Notes: generated from the letters alone by a model not told the origin. A DNA stretch of 64,000 bases from Gemmatimonadaceae bacterium (GCA_044224875.1 JBGAJQ010000018.1:1-64000), one strand, 5' to 3'. Shown: positions 51,792-63,079, counted from the first letter of the stretch. A program made the numbers and translations.

Positions 51792-53296
51792 TGTTCTCCA
51801 AGGTGTTGGTCGCCAATCGCGGCGAGATTGCCCTGCGGGTCATCCGCGCCTGTCGCGAACTGGGTGTGAGGTCGGTTGCGGTGTACTCGGACGCGGACGT
51901 CCAGGCGCCGCACGTGCGCGAGGCGGACGAAGCCGTGCATATCGGCGCTGCTGCGTCCACAGAGAGCTACCTGAAGGGCGATCGGATCGTCGAAGCGGCG
52001 ATGAAGTCGGGCGCCGAGGCCATCCACCCGGGGTACGGTTTCCTATCGGAACGGGAGTGGTTCGCGCGACTCGTGCGCGATTCGGGCCTAACGTTTGTCG
52101 GACCGCCGGCAGAGGCGATCGCGGCCATGGGGAGCAAGACCTCGGCGCGCCAGCTGGCCATCGCCGCCGGCGTGCCCGTCGTGCCTGGCACGACCACGGC
52201 CTTACGCGATGCCGATGAAGCAATCGAGATCGCGGAAGGATTCGGATACCCCATTCTCCTCAAGGCAGCGGCGGGCGGTGGCGGGAAGGGAATGCGGGTC
52301 GTGCGCGAGGCGCGCGACCTGGGTTCGTCGCTGGACGCGGCGCGCCGCGAGGCACGGAACGCCTTTGGGGATGACGCCGTCTACATCGAGAAGTACATCG
52401 AAGGGCCGCGACACATCGAGATCCAGGTACTCGCGGACCGGCATGGAACGGTGCTGTCGTTAGGTGAGCGGGAGTGCTCGATCCAGCGGCGCCACCAAAA
52501 GATGATCGAAGAAGCGCCCAGCGTCGCCGTCGATGCCGACCTGCGCCGCCGCATGGGTGCCACGGCCGTCGCCGCGGCGCGCGCCGCCAGCTACGAAAAT
52601 GCAGGCACGTGCGAGTTCCTCGTCGACCGGGATGGCAATTTCTACTTCCTGGAGATGAACACCCGCTTGCAGGTGGAGCACCCAGTCACCGAGTTGGTCA
52701 CGGGCATCGACATCGTGCAGTGGCAACTGCGCATTGCGGCGGGCGAGCGCTTGCCGTTCCCGGAGGAGATGACGCCACGTGGATGGGCCATCGAATGCCG
52801 CATCACCAGTGAGGATCCGGCGAACGGGTTCTTCCCGTCCACGGGGCGCATTCATTACCTCAAGGTGCCGGCAGGTCCGGGCGTCCGTTGGGACGGAGGC
52901 GTCGAGACCGGCAGCGTGGTGGGGCTGCACTACGATCCGATGCTTGCCAAGCTGATCGCGTGGGGGGCCACGCGTGACCAGGCGATCCAGCGCATGCATC
53001 GCGCTCTGGATGAATTGGTGGTGTTAGGCGTGGAAACGTCGCGTGAGTTTCACCTGCGGGTGATGGAGGACGCAGACTTCCAGGCTGGCAACATCGAGAT
53101 CCAGTGGCTCGAGCGGAAGCTCCCTGAGTTGCTGGCGAGGCGCGCCACCGATGAAGGGCGGATGGCGGCGGCCGTGGCGGCGGCCTTGATGGCGGATCGG
53201 GACCGCGGTTCGCGGTTGAAGTCTGGCCCATCTCCCGCGGTAACGTCGGGTAACGATGCGTGGCGCGATGCGGCCCGGAGAGAGGGCCTCCGCTAG
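51791..53296 (+). CDS. accC: Biotin carboxylase subunit
   Basis: ANRGEIA, HPGYGFLSE, GGGGKGMR, RECSIQRRHQK, EMNTRLQVEHP, YDPMLAKLI. Confidence 0.93.
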   Translation: MFSKVLVANRGEIALRVIRACRELGVRSVAVYSDADVQAPHVREADEAVHIGAAASTESYLKGDRIVEAAMKSGAEAIHPGYGFLSEREWFARLVRDSGLTFVGPPAEAIAAMGSKTSARQLAIAAGVPVVPGTTTALRDADEAIEIAEGFGYPILLKAAAGGGGKGMRVVREARDLGSSLDAARREARNAFGDDAVYIEKYIEGPRHIEIQVLADRHGTVLSLGERECSIQRRHQKMIEEAPSVAVDADLRRRMGATAVAAARAASYENAGTCEFLVDRDGNFYFLEMNTRLQVEHPVTELVTGIDIVQWQLRIAAGERLPFPEEMTPRGWAIECRITSEDPANGFFPSTGRIHYLKVPAGPGVRWDGGVETGSVVGLHYDPMLAKLIAWGATRDQAIQRMHRALDELVVLGVETSREFHLRVMEDADFQAGNIEIQWLERKLPELLARRATDEGRMAAAVAAALMADRDRGSRLKSGPSPAVTSGNDAWRDAARREGLR

Positions 53297-53299
53297 GTC

Positions 53300-54538
53300 A
53301 TGGACGGCGTCGAGACGCTCACGGTAGACTCCGTTGGGGCTGGCGGCGATGGCGTGGCTCGGCTGGACGGCATGGTAGTGTTCGTGCCGCGTAGCGCGCC
53401 GGGCGACGTCTTGCGCGTCCAACTGCAACGACACAGTGGGTTCGCGCGCGGACGCATCGTCGAGATCCTCTCCCGCGGCCCGGATCGCGTGGCCGCCCGC
53501 TGCCATCACTTCGACGACGATCGTTGCGGGGGCTGTCAGCTGCAACACCTGGCCATCGACGCCCAGCGGAACGTCAAGGCGAGCGTCGTCAACGATGCCA
53601 TGGCGCGTATTGCCCGCCGGCCCGACCGGGTGGAGCGCGTGATCCCAAGCCTCCAGGAGTGGGGCTACCGCAGCAAGCTTACCCTCACGATCCGCGAGCA
53701 CGAGGGCCGCCGATCTCGCACCATCGGACTCCGGCGCCTCGGGCAGCCGGATGCAGTCTTTGAGCTGACCGAGTGCCCGATCACGCAACCGGATGTCGTC
53801 GCGGCGTGGCGGGAAGTCGGGGCCGCGCGAGCGCTATTGCCGTCGGCGCGTACACTCTCCGGATCGGTCCGCGTCGGTGAGGACGGTCTGGCGTTCGTGC
53901 TGAACGGTGGGATTACATGGCCGCGGGCGGCCGCCTTCGCCAAGGAATGCCCGTCCCTCGCCATCATTCGTTGGCACCCGCACGCCGCCGGGGTGCGCGT
54001 CGTGGCAGACCGGCGTACAGCTCAGAGTCCGGCGGCATCTTTTCAGCAGGTGAACCCGTTCGTCGCTCCCGAATTGCGTCGTCAGTTGCTGGAGAAGGTT
54101 CGGAGCTATCGCCCCGTCAGCGTCATCGACGCGTTTGCTGGCACCGGGGAGGTGGCGGTCTCGCTCCACGAAACGGGGATCTGCGTGACGGCGATTGAAG
54201 CTGACGAGGAGGCCGTGGCGTTCTGCGCGGGCCGGCTGGGGGAGCCGTCGCGTGCGATCGCCGGACGTGTGGAGGCGGTGCTCCCCTCGCTCGAGCCAGC
54301 GGATGTCGTCATCCTGAACCCTCCGCGGAATGGAGTGGAGCCGGTAGTGACGAGCACCCTCGAACGCTGGGTCGGCGACGTACGCGCCATCGTGTATGTC
54401 AGCTGCAACCCGGCGACACTCGCCCGCGACCTTCAGCGGTTGCCGTCCTACACCGTGCGCTCGTTAAGCGCATTCGACATGTTTCCACAAACGGCCCATG
54501 TCGAAACCCTTTGCGAACTCGTTCCGGAGCCCGCGTGA
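53300..54538 (+). CDS. TRAM-domain RNA (uracil-5)-methyltransferase (RlmD-like)
   Basis: TRAM N-terminus, C-x6-CGGC cluster motif, FQQVN, NPPRNG, YVSCNPATLARD, DMFPQTAHVE. Confidence 0.9.
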   Translation: MDGVETLTVDSVGAGGDGVARLDGMVVFVPRSAPGDVLRVQLQRHSGFARGRIVEILSRGPDRVAARCHHFDDDRCGGCQLQHLAIDAQRNVKASVVNDAMARIARRPDRVERVIPSLQEWGYRSKLTLTIREHEGRRSRTIGLRRLGQPDAVFELTECPITQPDVVAAWREVGAARALLPSARTLSGSVRVGEDGLAFVLNGGITWPRAAAFAKECPSLAIIRWHPHAAGVRVVADRRTAQSPAASFQQVNPFVAPELRRQLLEKVRSYRPVSVIDAFAGTGEVAVSLHETGICVTAIEADEEAVAFCAGRLGEPSRAIAGRVEAVLPSLEPADVVILNPPRNGVEPVVTSTLERWVGDVRAIVYVSCNPATLARDLQRLPSYTVRSLSAFDMFPQTAHVETLCELVPEPA

Positions 54539-55032
54539 AGTACATCGTGGATGTGGATGGTGAGCGAATCACCGTAGATCTGGATGCCGACGGCGTGCGT
54601 GTGGGGGGACGCCGCGTGCAGGCGCACCTGGCGGACATCGAGGGGACGCCGATCCACCTCGTGCAGATCGACAACACGGTCCATCGCGTGGCGGCGCGGC
54701 GCGGCGATGCGCGGGGCCACTACGTGTTGTGGATGAACGGCTATCGGTATGAATGCGAGGCGCTCGACGAGCGATCGCGCGCCATCCAGGAAATGACCGC
54801 CGAGCATGCCGTGCCGAAGGGCCCGGGACGAATAATCGCGCCAATGCCAGGCCTGGTAAGCAAGATCCATGTGCGCGAAGGGGACCAGGTGTCGGCTGGT
54901 CAGGCGATTGTGGTCATCGAAGCGATGAAGATGGAGAACGAGTTGCGCGCCGTGTCGGCGGGGGTGGTCACACGCGTGCTCGCGGTTCAGGGTTCGGCGG
55001 TAGAGAAGGGCGCGGTCCTCGTCGAACTCTAG
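54535..55032 (+). CDS. Biotin carboxyl carrier protein
   Basis: APMPG…IEAMKMENEL biotinylation motif. Confidence 0.92.
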   Translation: MKYIVDVDGERITVDLDADGVRVGGRRVQAHLADIEGTPIHLVQIDNTVHRVAARRGDARGHYVLWMNGYRYECEALDERSRAIQEMTAEHAVPKGPGRIIAPMPGLVSKIHVREGDQVSAGQAIVVIEAMKMENELRAVSAGVVTRVLAVQGSAVEKGAVLVEL

Positions 55033-55196
55033 ACGTTTCGTCCCGTCGGAAGAGCGGCTCGTCTGGCATTACGACGCGCCTCGCGTCGCAATCTTGCGAA
55101 AAATCGCTGGCACGCCGCAGGACCATTTCCTACATTGGCCGTGCCACCCTTAGGCGACAGCTGCGCTGTCGCACTCCCTCTTCTTAGGAGCACCCT

Positions 55197-58100
55197 ATGA
55201 GTCAACTGCGTTTGCGCAGGTGGTGTGTGGGCGCCCTGGCGGCGCTCATCGGACTCCCCAGCGTCGGCATGGGACAAGCTGCGACCACCGGAACGGTGTC
55301 CGGCACGATCGTCGACAAGGAGACGAGGACGCCCGTCGAAGGCGCGCGGGTATCCGTCCTCGGCACGGCACTCGAAACCGCGTCGAATACTCGCGGCGAG
55401 TACCGAATCGTCGGCGTGCGTCCGGGCCGATTTCAGCTGAGCATCCTGAAGATCGGCTTTCGCGCAGCCGGCGACACAATGCGCGTGGCCGCCGGTGGCA
55501 CCGTCACCCACAATTTCGAGTTGGTCCGAACCGTCACGACGCTGCAGGAGCTGGTCGTCACGGGCACCGTGGGCAACCAGGAGCGTCGGGCGCAGGCCGC
55601 CACCGTGGCCTCCGTGGGGGCAACTGAAATCAAGATGAACGCGGTGATCACGAACGTGAACGAGATGTTGCAGTCGCGAGTGGCCGGCATTGCCGTGAAT
55701 GCGGCGTCGGGTACCGCGGGCACCAGCCGCAACATCCGCATTCGTGGTGCGTCGTCCATCTCGTTGTCGAACCAGCCGATCGTGTTCATCGACGGCGTTC
55801 GGTTCAACGAAGGGACGGTGAACCTTGGCCTGAATGGCCAGCTCACGGACCGCATGAACGACCTGAACCCCGACGACGTCGAGAGCATCGAGGTCGTGAA
55901 GGGACCGTCAGCTGCGACCTTGTATGGTGCGGACGCGTCTGCCGGCGTGATCCAGATCATCACGAAGCGCGGAAGAACGGGGGCCAACTCGTTCCAGCAG
56001 ACGCTGCGTGCGGAGTACGGACGACTGAACCAGGACTGGCTGCCACCCGATAACTACGGCCTGTGCACGGCGGCCCTGGTTGCTTCCACCAGCGCGAACC
56101 CGCTTTGCCGGGGCCAGTCGGTGGGACGTTGGTGCACGACAATCCATTGGCGCGCGAGTCCGGGTTCCGCACGGGAGCCGACCAGTTGTTTGGTTGGACC
56201 GGACGAGGGGGCGGCCAGAACTACGGCTACTTCCTTTCGGCATCAGCCGACCGCACCATCGGCACCCTTCCGAACAACGATTTCCGCCGCTACTCGTGGC
56301 GCACGAACTTCAACTGGATACCGAACTCGAAGCTGACGCTCGAAGCCGGATTCTCCACGTTGTTGTCCAAGGCCGTGCTGCCGGACAACGACAACAACAT
56401 CTACGGCTTCCTTGGCGGCGCCGAACTCGGATCGCCGACGACGCGTCGCGACGACGGCGTCCCCAGCCAGAACGGATGGTTCGGTTTCAACCGTGGTGTC
56501 GCTGCCATTTCCTCCATCGAGAATGAACTCGACACGCGACGCACGATCTTGAATGCGACGGCCAGCTACGTCCCGCTGCCGTGGCTCAAGAGCCGCTTTA
56601 CTGTCGGCGGCGACATCCTCAACGATGAAGGCACGCGCTTCTTCCCGAAGAATCCGGACGGCTGGTACGCTGGACTATTGAACACGGGACAGAACACGCA
56701 GACGCGAAACGGCATCACGCGCTATACCATCGACTGGATCAACGACGTCAATCGCAAGTATGGCGAGTTTGACATCAACGCGTCGGCGGGATTCCAGGCG
56801 ATTGCGACGCGCAATGATCAGCTGACGGCCACGGGTATCGGCTTCACCACTAATTCGTCGAACGTCATCACGTCTGCGTCAACCACCACTGGCACCGGGC
56901 AGCGTACCGATGTTCGCCAATACGGCTATCTCGGTCAGGTACAGGTGGGCTACAGGGATCGCTTGTTCCTGACGGGCGGCGCCCGGTTCGACGACTTCTC
57001 GGCGTTCGGTTCAAAGACGCCCGCGATCCTGCTGCCCAAAGCGGGGCTTTCGTGGGTGCTGTCTGACGAGAAGTTCTTCGAGCCTTTGACGAAGATCTTT
57101 CCGTCGTTTCGCGCGCGCGTTGCCTACGGCACAACGGGTCGCGCGCCGGGTGCGGGCGCGTCGCTCACCACGCTGCAAGCTGCGCCGTCGGCGATCACGA
57201 CGGGGGCGAGTACGACGGTTGAAGCTGGCGCCATCCCGTTCAACCCCGGCAACTTCGACCTGAAGCCGGAGAAGGGCGTGGAGGTCGAGGCAGGGGTGGA
57301 CGCGTCGTTCTTCTCGGACCGGGCCCGCATTGAGCTCACCTACTTCAACAAGAAGACCAACGACCTGATCCTGCAGCGACCGCTGCCGCCGTCACTCGGC
57401 TATCAACAGAACCCGTTCGTGAACATCGGGCAGGTGGTCAACAGTGGGTTCGAGGTGTCGTTGAACGGTGAGTTGTTGCGGATGCGGAACTTCTCGTGGG
57501 ATACACGGCTCAACTTCAACACGCTGCATAACGAGCTGACCGATCTTGGCGGCATCGCGCCCTTCGGCACCTTGAACAGATTCACCGAAGGCTATCAGCT
57601 GGGCTCCTTCGTGTCCAAGCGCATTCGGAGCATCGACGAGGCGAACAGCCGCGTCACAGTCGCCGATACCTTCGAGGTCGTCGGGAACGCACTGCCGACG
57701 TTGGAAGCTGCCTGGAGCAACTCATTCACGATCATGAAGAACCTCCGCGTATCTGCTCTGGTGGATACGAAGCAGGACTTCCTCATCTACAATCTCACGG
57801 ACTACTTCCGCGAGACGCAGCTGGTGCGTAGCAATCGCCGACTCGACCCGACGGTGCTGTCGAAGCGTGAATTCCTCCGACGCTATGGCGATCAGACAGC
57901 GGGGCGTCCCGCCTTCGTGCAGCAGAACGGTACGGGGACGACGGTCGACCAGGCGCGCGATGCGTTCCTGCAACCAGGCGACTTCATTCGCTTCCGCGAA
58001 CTGTCGTTCACGTACGATGTGCCGGCCAAGTACCTGGGTGTGTTGCACGCCCATGGTGCAACGGTTGGCCTGGCCTTCCAGAATCTCGCACTCTGGACAG

Positions 58101-58225
58101 ACTACCAGGGCCCGGATCCAGAGGTCGTCTCGAATCCAACGGAGTCCTTCGGTGTTGGGCGCACGGACTTCCTGACACTCCCCAATCCGAAGCGCGTTCT
58201 GTTTCGCGTGAACCTGAGCTTCTGA
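55197..58225 (+). CDS. SusC/RagA family TonB-dependent receptor, one-base frameshift at ~56124
   Basis: Signal peptide, carboxypeptidase-regulatory-like domain, plug (IRIRGASS, DDVESIEVVKGPSAATLYG), barrel (LKPEKG), C-terminal F; split over two ORFs at GTGGGACG. Confidence 0.88.
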
Positions 58226-58236
58226 CCGAGGATCCC

Positions 58237-59481
58237 ATGACGACATACACTCGCGCCTGTGGGCGCCTGCTGGCTGCCGCCGCGCTCCTCGCGGGCGTCG
58301 GTTGCACCGACTTCTTGACGGTGGACAACCCGAACGTGATCGACATCAACGCGGTCGATCCCGTGAAGGATGCCGCCACACTGGCCAACTCCGCGCAGCA
58401 AAACTATGCAGCGGCGTTAGGCTGGATGATCATGTACTCCTCGTGGTACAACGGCGAGTCGATCGTCGCCGAAACGTTCCCAACGCGCAATGAGTTCGGA
58501 CGACGAGACGTTTCAGAGTCGAACGGCTCACTGTCGACGGACGTGTGGGGCACCTTGTCCCTCGCCGCGGCGTCCACGAAGATCGTGCTCGACTTGACGC
58601 TGCCAACGCCAACGACGAACCTGAACTATGCGCGTTCGTCCCTGTGGCGGGGGTACGCGTTCGAGTTAATGGCAGAAAACTTCTGCGATGGCACGGTGAG
58701 CAACGGACCCAAGCTCAACACCGCAGCCATGCTGGACTCGGCGGTCGCCAACTTCACCAAGGCGAACACAATCGGGAATGCCGAAGCGTCAACGACCGGC
58801 AAGGCTCTCGCCAATGCCGCCATGGTGGGACGAGCCCGTGCGCAGCTTCAAGCCGGGCGCAAGAGCCAGGCGGCAGCGGACGCGGCTGCGGTTCCTGCCG
58901 CATTCGTGTTCAACTTCGGGTATGTGGACGACGCGGCCAACCGCAATCGCCTGGCGAATCGCATGTGGCAGTTCACGCTCGATCGCGGCTCCATTGGGGT
59001 CTCGGAGGCGTTCCGCGTGACGGACCCACGCGTGCCCTTCAAGGCACCAGGCCAGCACACCCTATCGCCGCAGGACGCGTCGACGGGAGCGTTCTACATC
59101 CAGAACAAGTTCCCAGCCTTCAACTCGCCGATTCGCGTGGCATCGAAGCTCGAGGCGGACTACATCGCCGCGGAAGCGGGCGACATCGCCGCTCAGACGG
59201 CGCTCATCACCGCGCGGCGTGCGGCCAATTCGCAGCCGGTGTACAGCGGCCCCTCGGACGCGGCGTCCATCTTGTCTGAGCTGCTCTGGCAGAAGTCGCT
59301 CGACTTCTATCTGGAAGGCCAGCGGATGGGAGATTTCCGGCGCAATCCCACCGCGGTGCGGGCCTTGCCGGTGCCCGGAGCGGCCTACTTCAAGCCGGGA
59401 TTCCCGTCAATCGGCAGCGGCACGTGCTTCCCGATTCCGCTCACGGAAAAGGACAACAACCCCAACCTGCGCGGGTCGTAA
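58237..59481 (+). CDS. SusD/RagB-like lipoprotein
   Basis: Lipobox VGC, LTVDNPN, LEGQRMGDFRR, FPIPLTEKDNNPN; follows susC. Confidence 0.88.
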   Translation: MTTYTRACGRLLAAAALLAGVGCTDFLTVDNPNVIDINAVDPVKDAATLANSAQQNYAAALGWMIMYSSWYNGESIVAETFPTRNEFGRRDVSESNGSLSTDVWGTLSLAAASTKIVLDLTLPTPTTNLNYARSSLWRGYAFELMAENFCDGTVSNGPKLNTAAMLDSAVANFTKANTIGNAEASTTGKALANAAMVGRARAQLQAGRKSQAAADAAAVPAAFVFNFGYVDDAANRNRLANRMWQFTLDRGSIGVSEAFRVTDPRVPFKAPGQHTLSPQDASTGAFYIQNKFPAFNSPIRVASKLEADYIAAEAGDIAAQTALITARRAANSQPVYSGPSDAASILSELLWQKSLDFYLEGQRMGDFRRNPTAVRALPVPGAAYFKPGFPSIGSGTCFPIPLTEKDNNPNLRGS

Positions 59482-59504
59482 CTCACCACGCAGTGCGAAG
59501 TGAT

Positions 59505-59543
59505 GAAGACGCCGCCGGGAACGTCCCGGCGGCGTCTTCTTTC
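59505..59543. terminator. Intrinsic terminator between susD and the convergent kinase
   Basis: GAAGACGCCGCCGGGA-ACG-TCCCGGCGGCGTCTTC followed by TTTC. Confidence 0.85.
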
Positions 59544-59551
59544 TCGGGGGG

Positions 59552-62053
59552 TCACACGCTAGCGAGTACGCGCCGCACGGTGGCCCCCAATTCATCGAGG
59601 GCGAAGGGCTTCGACACGAAGGGGAGGTCCGGCGTGTTGTTGCCGAACGTCTCGTCATAGTCGGCGTAGCCGGACATGCAAATGATCTTGGCGTCCGGAT
59701 TGGCGATGCGCAGGTAGTGTACGAGCTGGCGGCCATTCATGCCGGGCATCGCGAGGTCCGTGAGCACCAGGTCCACGGGTCCGTCCTGCGAGAGAGAAGC
59801 AAGGGCCTGCCGTCCATGCGCGGCCACGCGCACATGGTAGCCCAGTCGCGTGAAGTAGGTGCGAAGCGTATTGGCGATCGCCTCGTCGTCGTCGACCACC
59901 AGAATCTTTTCGCCGCCCCCGATGCCAGGACGCACGTGGGTAGCCGGTGCATCGCCAGGCTCAACGGCCGCCTGCAATGGAAATGCCACCAAAAACGTAG
60001 TCCCAGCGCCAGGTTGCGTTTCGACGTCGATGCGTCCGTGCAAGTCTTCCACGATGGCCGCGACCATGGCGAGGCCCAGGCCACTCCCCGCGCCTAACGC
60101 CTTGGTCGTGAAGAACGGTTCAAAGATCCGCGCCCGGATTTCCGGGGCGATGCCGGTGCCGGTGTCCTTGACCTGCAGGCGACCTTCGGCTGTCGCCTCA
60201 TCGGCCTGCACGCGCACCTCCATCACCCCACCATCCGGCATCGCGTCGCGCGCATTCAATGCCAGGTTGAGCACGATCTGCTCCACATACCCAGCGTCGG
60301 CATCCACCCACGCCGGTCGGTCGCCAATACACAGGCGTAGCGTGACTTCCTTGGCCACGATCCGGCGCAGCATCGACTCCATTTCGGCGACCACCACATT
60401 CAAGTCCAGCCGCTGGAGATGGGGCTCACGATTGCGGCTGAACGCCAAAATGCGGCGCGTCAGGTCCGCGGCACGCTCGACTGCCCGGTCGATCTCATCC
60501 AGTTCAGCGTTTAGCTGTGGGGCGTTCTCACGCCGGCCGCGTGCCAGCCCGGCGAACCCGCGGATTACGGTCAACACGTTGTTGAAGTCGTGCGCGATCC
60601 CGCCGGCGAGTCGCCCGACGACTTCCATCTTCTGCGCGTGACGTGCCTGCTCCTCCAGTGCGACCTGCGCCGTCACGTCGCGACCATTGATCACGAAGCC
60701 ATCGATGACGCCGTCGTCCCGGCGATCCTGCACGAGGGCGTCGATCGTCACCCAATTGCCGTCCGCCCGGTGCATGCGCCATCGCATGGGCGACCTGACT
60801 CGATTTGCCAGGACCTCCAGGGGGTGCTGGTCGAGCTCCCGGCGGTCGTCGGGGTGCAGGTACAACGCGAACTCCGCCCCGAGTGTGGCCTCGGGGGTCG
60901 TGCCGAGGGTGCGACAGACAGACGGCGTTACGAACGTCATGTGCCCGCGATCGTCCACCACGAGCACCAGGTCCGAGGAATGCTCGATGAGCGCGGCGAA
61001 CTTCGCTTGCTCGTTCTGTCGCTCCCGGACTACGCGTTCCGTGTCCCTGAACGCCACCGCCGGAAGCACCACGAGGAGTCCCGTGAGCGTCGCCGCGACG
61101 AGCAGGAAGCCGCCGGAGGGGCTCGCCAACACGGGAGCACTGGCGCGCAGCATGACCGCGTACGCCACAAGGATGCTCCCGTACACGAGGCCGCGCAGGA
61201 CCAACAGCGACTCCAGCGAGCGCTCGGGATGCGCGTGGCTGGTGTCTCGTTCCAGGACCGCCTGATACGCACCGGCGATGGCCATCAGAAGGGACGGCGT
61301 ATACCACACGGCATCAAGCGGCGACGACGTTTGATACTGGCCGCGTAGTGCCATCTCCGTGGAAAGGAGATCTCCGCACGCTGAAATCAGCTGCGCCGCT
61401 GTGACAATGAAGATGGCACTGCGATGTATGGGCAGCGTACCTCGGAGCAGCAGGATCGTGAGCGCCGCCAGCGGAAAGAGGTCACCCATGGAAGACCACG
61501 CGACCTCGAGGTATTTCGTCATGCCGCCAGCTGGTACAGCGAGTAGCGGTCGCACGACGAAGAACCAGCCAAGCGCGAGTCCGGCAACCAGCACAACGAC
61601 GCCAAGAATCTGACTACGCCTGAACGGGCTACGTTCTCGCGGTGCAACTGGGAACGTGAGCAGTCCTGCTACGAAGGGCGGATACGACAACACGCCGATG
61701 TACCAGATCCAACCTTGTTGCTCCTTGGGCAGGCCCACCGCGTGCGCAAGCGCGCTTGCCAGCACAACAACCACCATCACCGCCTCCGACAGCTGGAACA
61801 GTCGCCAAGCGCGTGCAGCACGGCGGTTGAGCCGCGTAGCGACAGCGGCACGACCTAGCAGTATCGCTGCTAGCAGATGAAGCGGGAGGTACGTCAGCCA
61901 GTCGACGGCAAGTGTCCATTCACTCGTGGCCGCCCACCACTGTTTGATCAGCGAGAGCGAAAACATCAGCACGCCGGCGACTACACTCAGTCGGGTTTCC
62001 GTCGAGGAGAGAACCGCGGCAATTCGCTGTTGCGTCGTAGGCTGTGCGCTCAT
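59552..62053 (-). CDS. Membrane-bound hybrid sensor histidine kinase (multi-TM, PAS, HisKA, HATPase, REC)
   Basis: Multiple TM helices; [41 protein letters not shown] with [11 protein letters not shown]. Confidence 0.93.
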   Translation of the reverse strand: MSAQPTTQQRIAAVLSSTETRLSVVAGVLMFSLSLIKQWWAATSEWTLAVDWLTYLPLHLLAAILLGRAAVATRLNRRAARAWRLFQLSEAVMVVVVLASALAHAVGLPKEQQGWIWYIGVLSYPPFVAGLLTFPVAPRERSPFRRSQILGVVVLVAGLALGWFFVVRPLLAVPAGGMTKYLEVAWSSMGDLFPLAALTILLLRGTLPIHRSAIFIVTAAQLISACGDLLSTEMALRGQYQTSSPLDAVWYTPSLLMAIAGAYQAVLERDTSHAHPERSLESLLVLRGLVYGSILVAYAVMLRASAPVLASPSGGFLLVAATLTGLLVVLPAVAFRDTERVVRERQNEQAKFAALIEHSSDLVLVVDDRGHMTFVTPSVCRTLGTTPEATLGAEFALYLHPDDRRELDQHPLEVLANRVRSPMRWRMHRADGNWVTIDALVQDRRDDGVIDGFVINGRDVTAQVALEEQARHAQKMEVVGRLAGGIAHDFNNVLTVIRGFAGLARGRRENAPQLNAELDEIDRAVERAADLTRRILAFSRNREPHLQRLDLNVVVAEMESMLRRIVAKEVTLRLCIGDRPAWVDADAGYVEQIVLNLALNARDAMPDGGVMEVRVQADEATAEGRLQVKDTGTGIAPEIRARIFEPFFTTKALGAGSGLGLAMVAAIVEDLHGRIDVETQPGAGTTFLVAFPLQAAVEPGDAPATHVRPGIGGGEKILVVDDDEAIANTLRTYFTRLGYHVRVAAHGRQALASLSQDGPVDLVLTDLAMPGMNGRQLVHYLRIANPDAKIICMSGYADYDETFGNNTPDLPFVSKPFALDELGATVRRVLASV

Positions 62054-62132
62054 CGGGCGAGCCCCGCAGGCAAGAGACCTGGACCGGGCGGTACGGGGGC
62101 TCGCAAAGCGGCTGACAATAGAGACTTACGCA

Positions 62133-62161
62133 TTGACACCAGAACTGTGGACGGCTACGTT
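62133..62161 (+). promoter_or_regulatory. Sigma70 promoter of rplM-rpsI
   Basis: TTGACA (62133-38), 17-nt spacer, TACGTT (62156-61). Confidence 0.7.
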
Positions 62162-62240
62162 CAGTGTCTTGCCAAAATTTGCCGGCATTTCACCTGTCGA
62201 AGGCTGCGAAAGCGGCCGCGACCGTTTGTTCACAAGTAAA

Positions 62241-62687
62241 ATGAAGACTTTCACCGCCAAACCGAAAGAGATCGACAAACATTGGTTTGTTGTCGATGCC
62301 GATGGCATGGTGCTGGGCCGATTGGCCTCCGAGGTGGCGAAGATCATTCGCGGGAAGCACAAGCCGATTTACACCCCCCACATCGACACGGGGGACGGGG
62401 TCATTGTCATCAATGCCGCAAAAGTTCGGATGACTGGCCGCAAGGTGGAGCAGAAGCAGTATTTCCGGCACACTGGCTACATGGGGCATGAGCTGTACAC
62501 GCCAGCGTCCACGATGCTCGCCAAGCACCCCGAACGCGTGATCGAGAAAGCGGTGTACGGCATGCTCCCCAAATCGACCCTGTCTCGGCAGGTATTGCGC
62601 CGCAAGCTACGGGTTTACGCGACGTCGGAACATCCGCACGCGGCCCAGCAGCCCAAGGTGCTGACCTTCAGCGCGAAGAGTGAGTAG
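62241..62687 (+). CDS. rplM: 50S ribosomal protein L13
   Basis: [36 protein letters not shown]. Confidence 0.97.
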   Translation: MKTFTAKPKEIDKHWFVVDADGMVLGRLASEVAKIIRGKHKPIYTPHIDTGDGVIVINAAKVRMTGRKVEQKQYFRHTGYMGHELYTPASTMLAKHPERVIEKAVYGMLPKSTLSRQVLRRKLRVYATSEHPHAAQQPKVLTFSAKSE

Positions 62688-62689
62688 GC

Positions 62690-63079
62690 ATGTCTGAGTC
62701 ATTTCACAGCGTCGGGCGCCGCAAGGAAGCGGTCTGCCGCTTGTACCTCACCCCAGGTTCCGGCAAGTGGGACGTCAATGGACGGACGTTGGGGGATTAC
62801 TTCCCGCGGCCGGCATTGGTCTCGGCAATCCAGCAGCCATTCACGGCCACTGACACGCTCGGGCGTTTCGACGTGAAGTGCCATTTGGTTGGGGGAGGTC
62901 AGACGGGACAGGCCGGAGCTCTTCGCCTCGCGGCGGCGCGCGCCCTCGTGCAGGTTGACGAGACGCATCGGCGCAAGCTGCGCGACCTTGGCCTGTTGAC
63001 CCGCGACGCACGCGCGGTCGAACGCAAGAAGCCCGGCCGTCCGGGAGCACGAAAGCGGTTCCAGTTCTCGAAGCGATAA
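62690..63079 (+). CDS. rpsI: 30S ribosomal protein S9
   Basis: GRRKEA, GGGQTGQAGA, LTRDARAVERKKPG, QFSKR. Confidence 0.97.
   Translation: MSESFHSVGRRKEAVCRLYLTPGSGKWDVNGRTLGDYFPRPALVSAIQQPFTATDTLGRFDVKCHLVGGGQTGQAGALRLAAARALVQVDETHRRKLRDLGLLTRDARAVERKKPGRPGARKRFQFSKR

Larger units (their letters stand above)
9..60099. repeat. Dispersed short repeat CGTTAGG(Y)/(R)CCTAACG, at least 35 copies
   Basis: Manual scan: 19 copies on the + strand and 16 on the - strand; see first finding for positions. Confidence 0.8.

Noticed and set aside
55108..55125. Sigma54 promoter upstream of susC (TGGCAC)
   Set aside because: No TTGC at the -12 position; the spacing instead fits a weak sigma70 promoter with TACATT at 55131.
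9..60099. CGTTAGG as a Chi or KOPS site
   Set aside because: The strand ratio of 19:16 shows no polarity within a window that presumably lies on one replichore.
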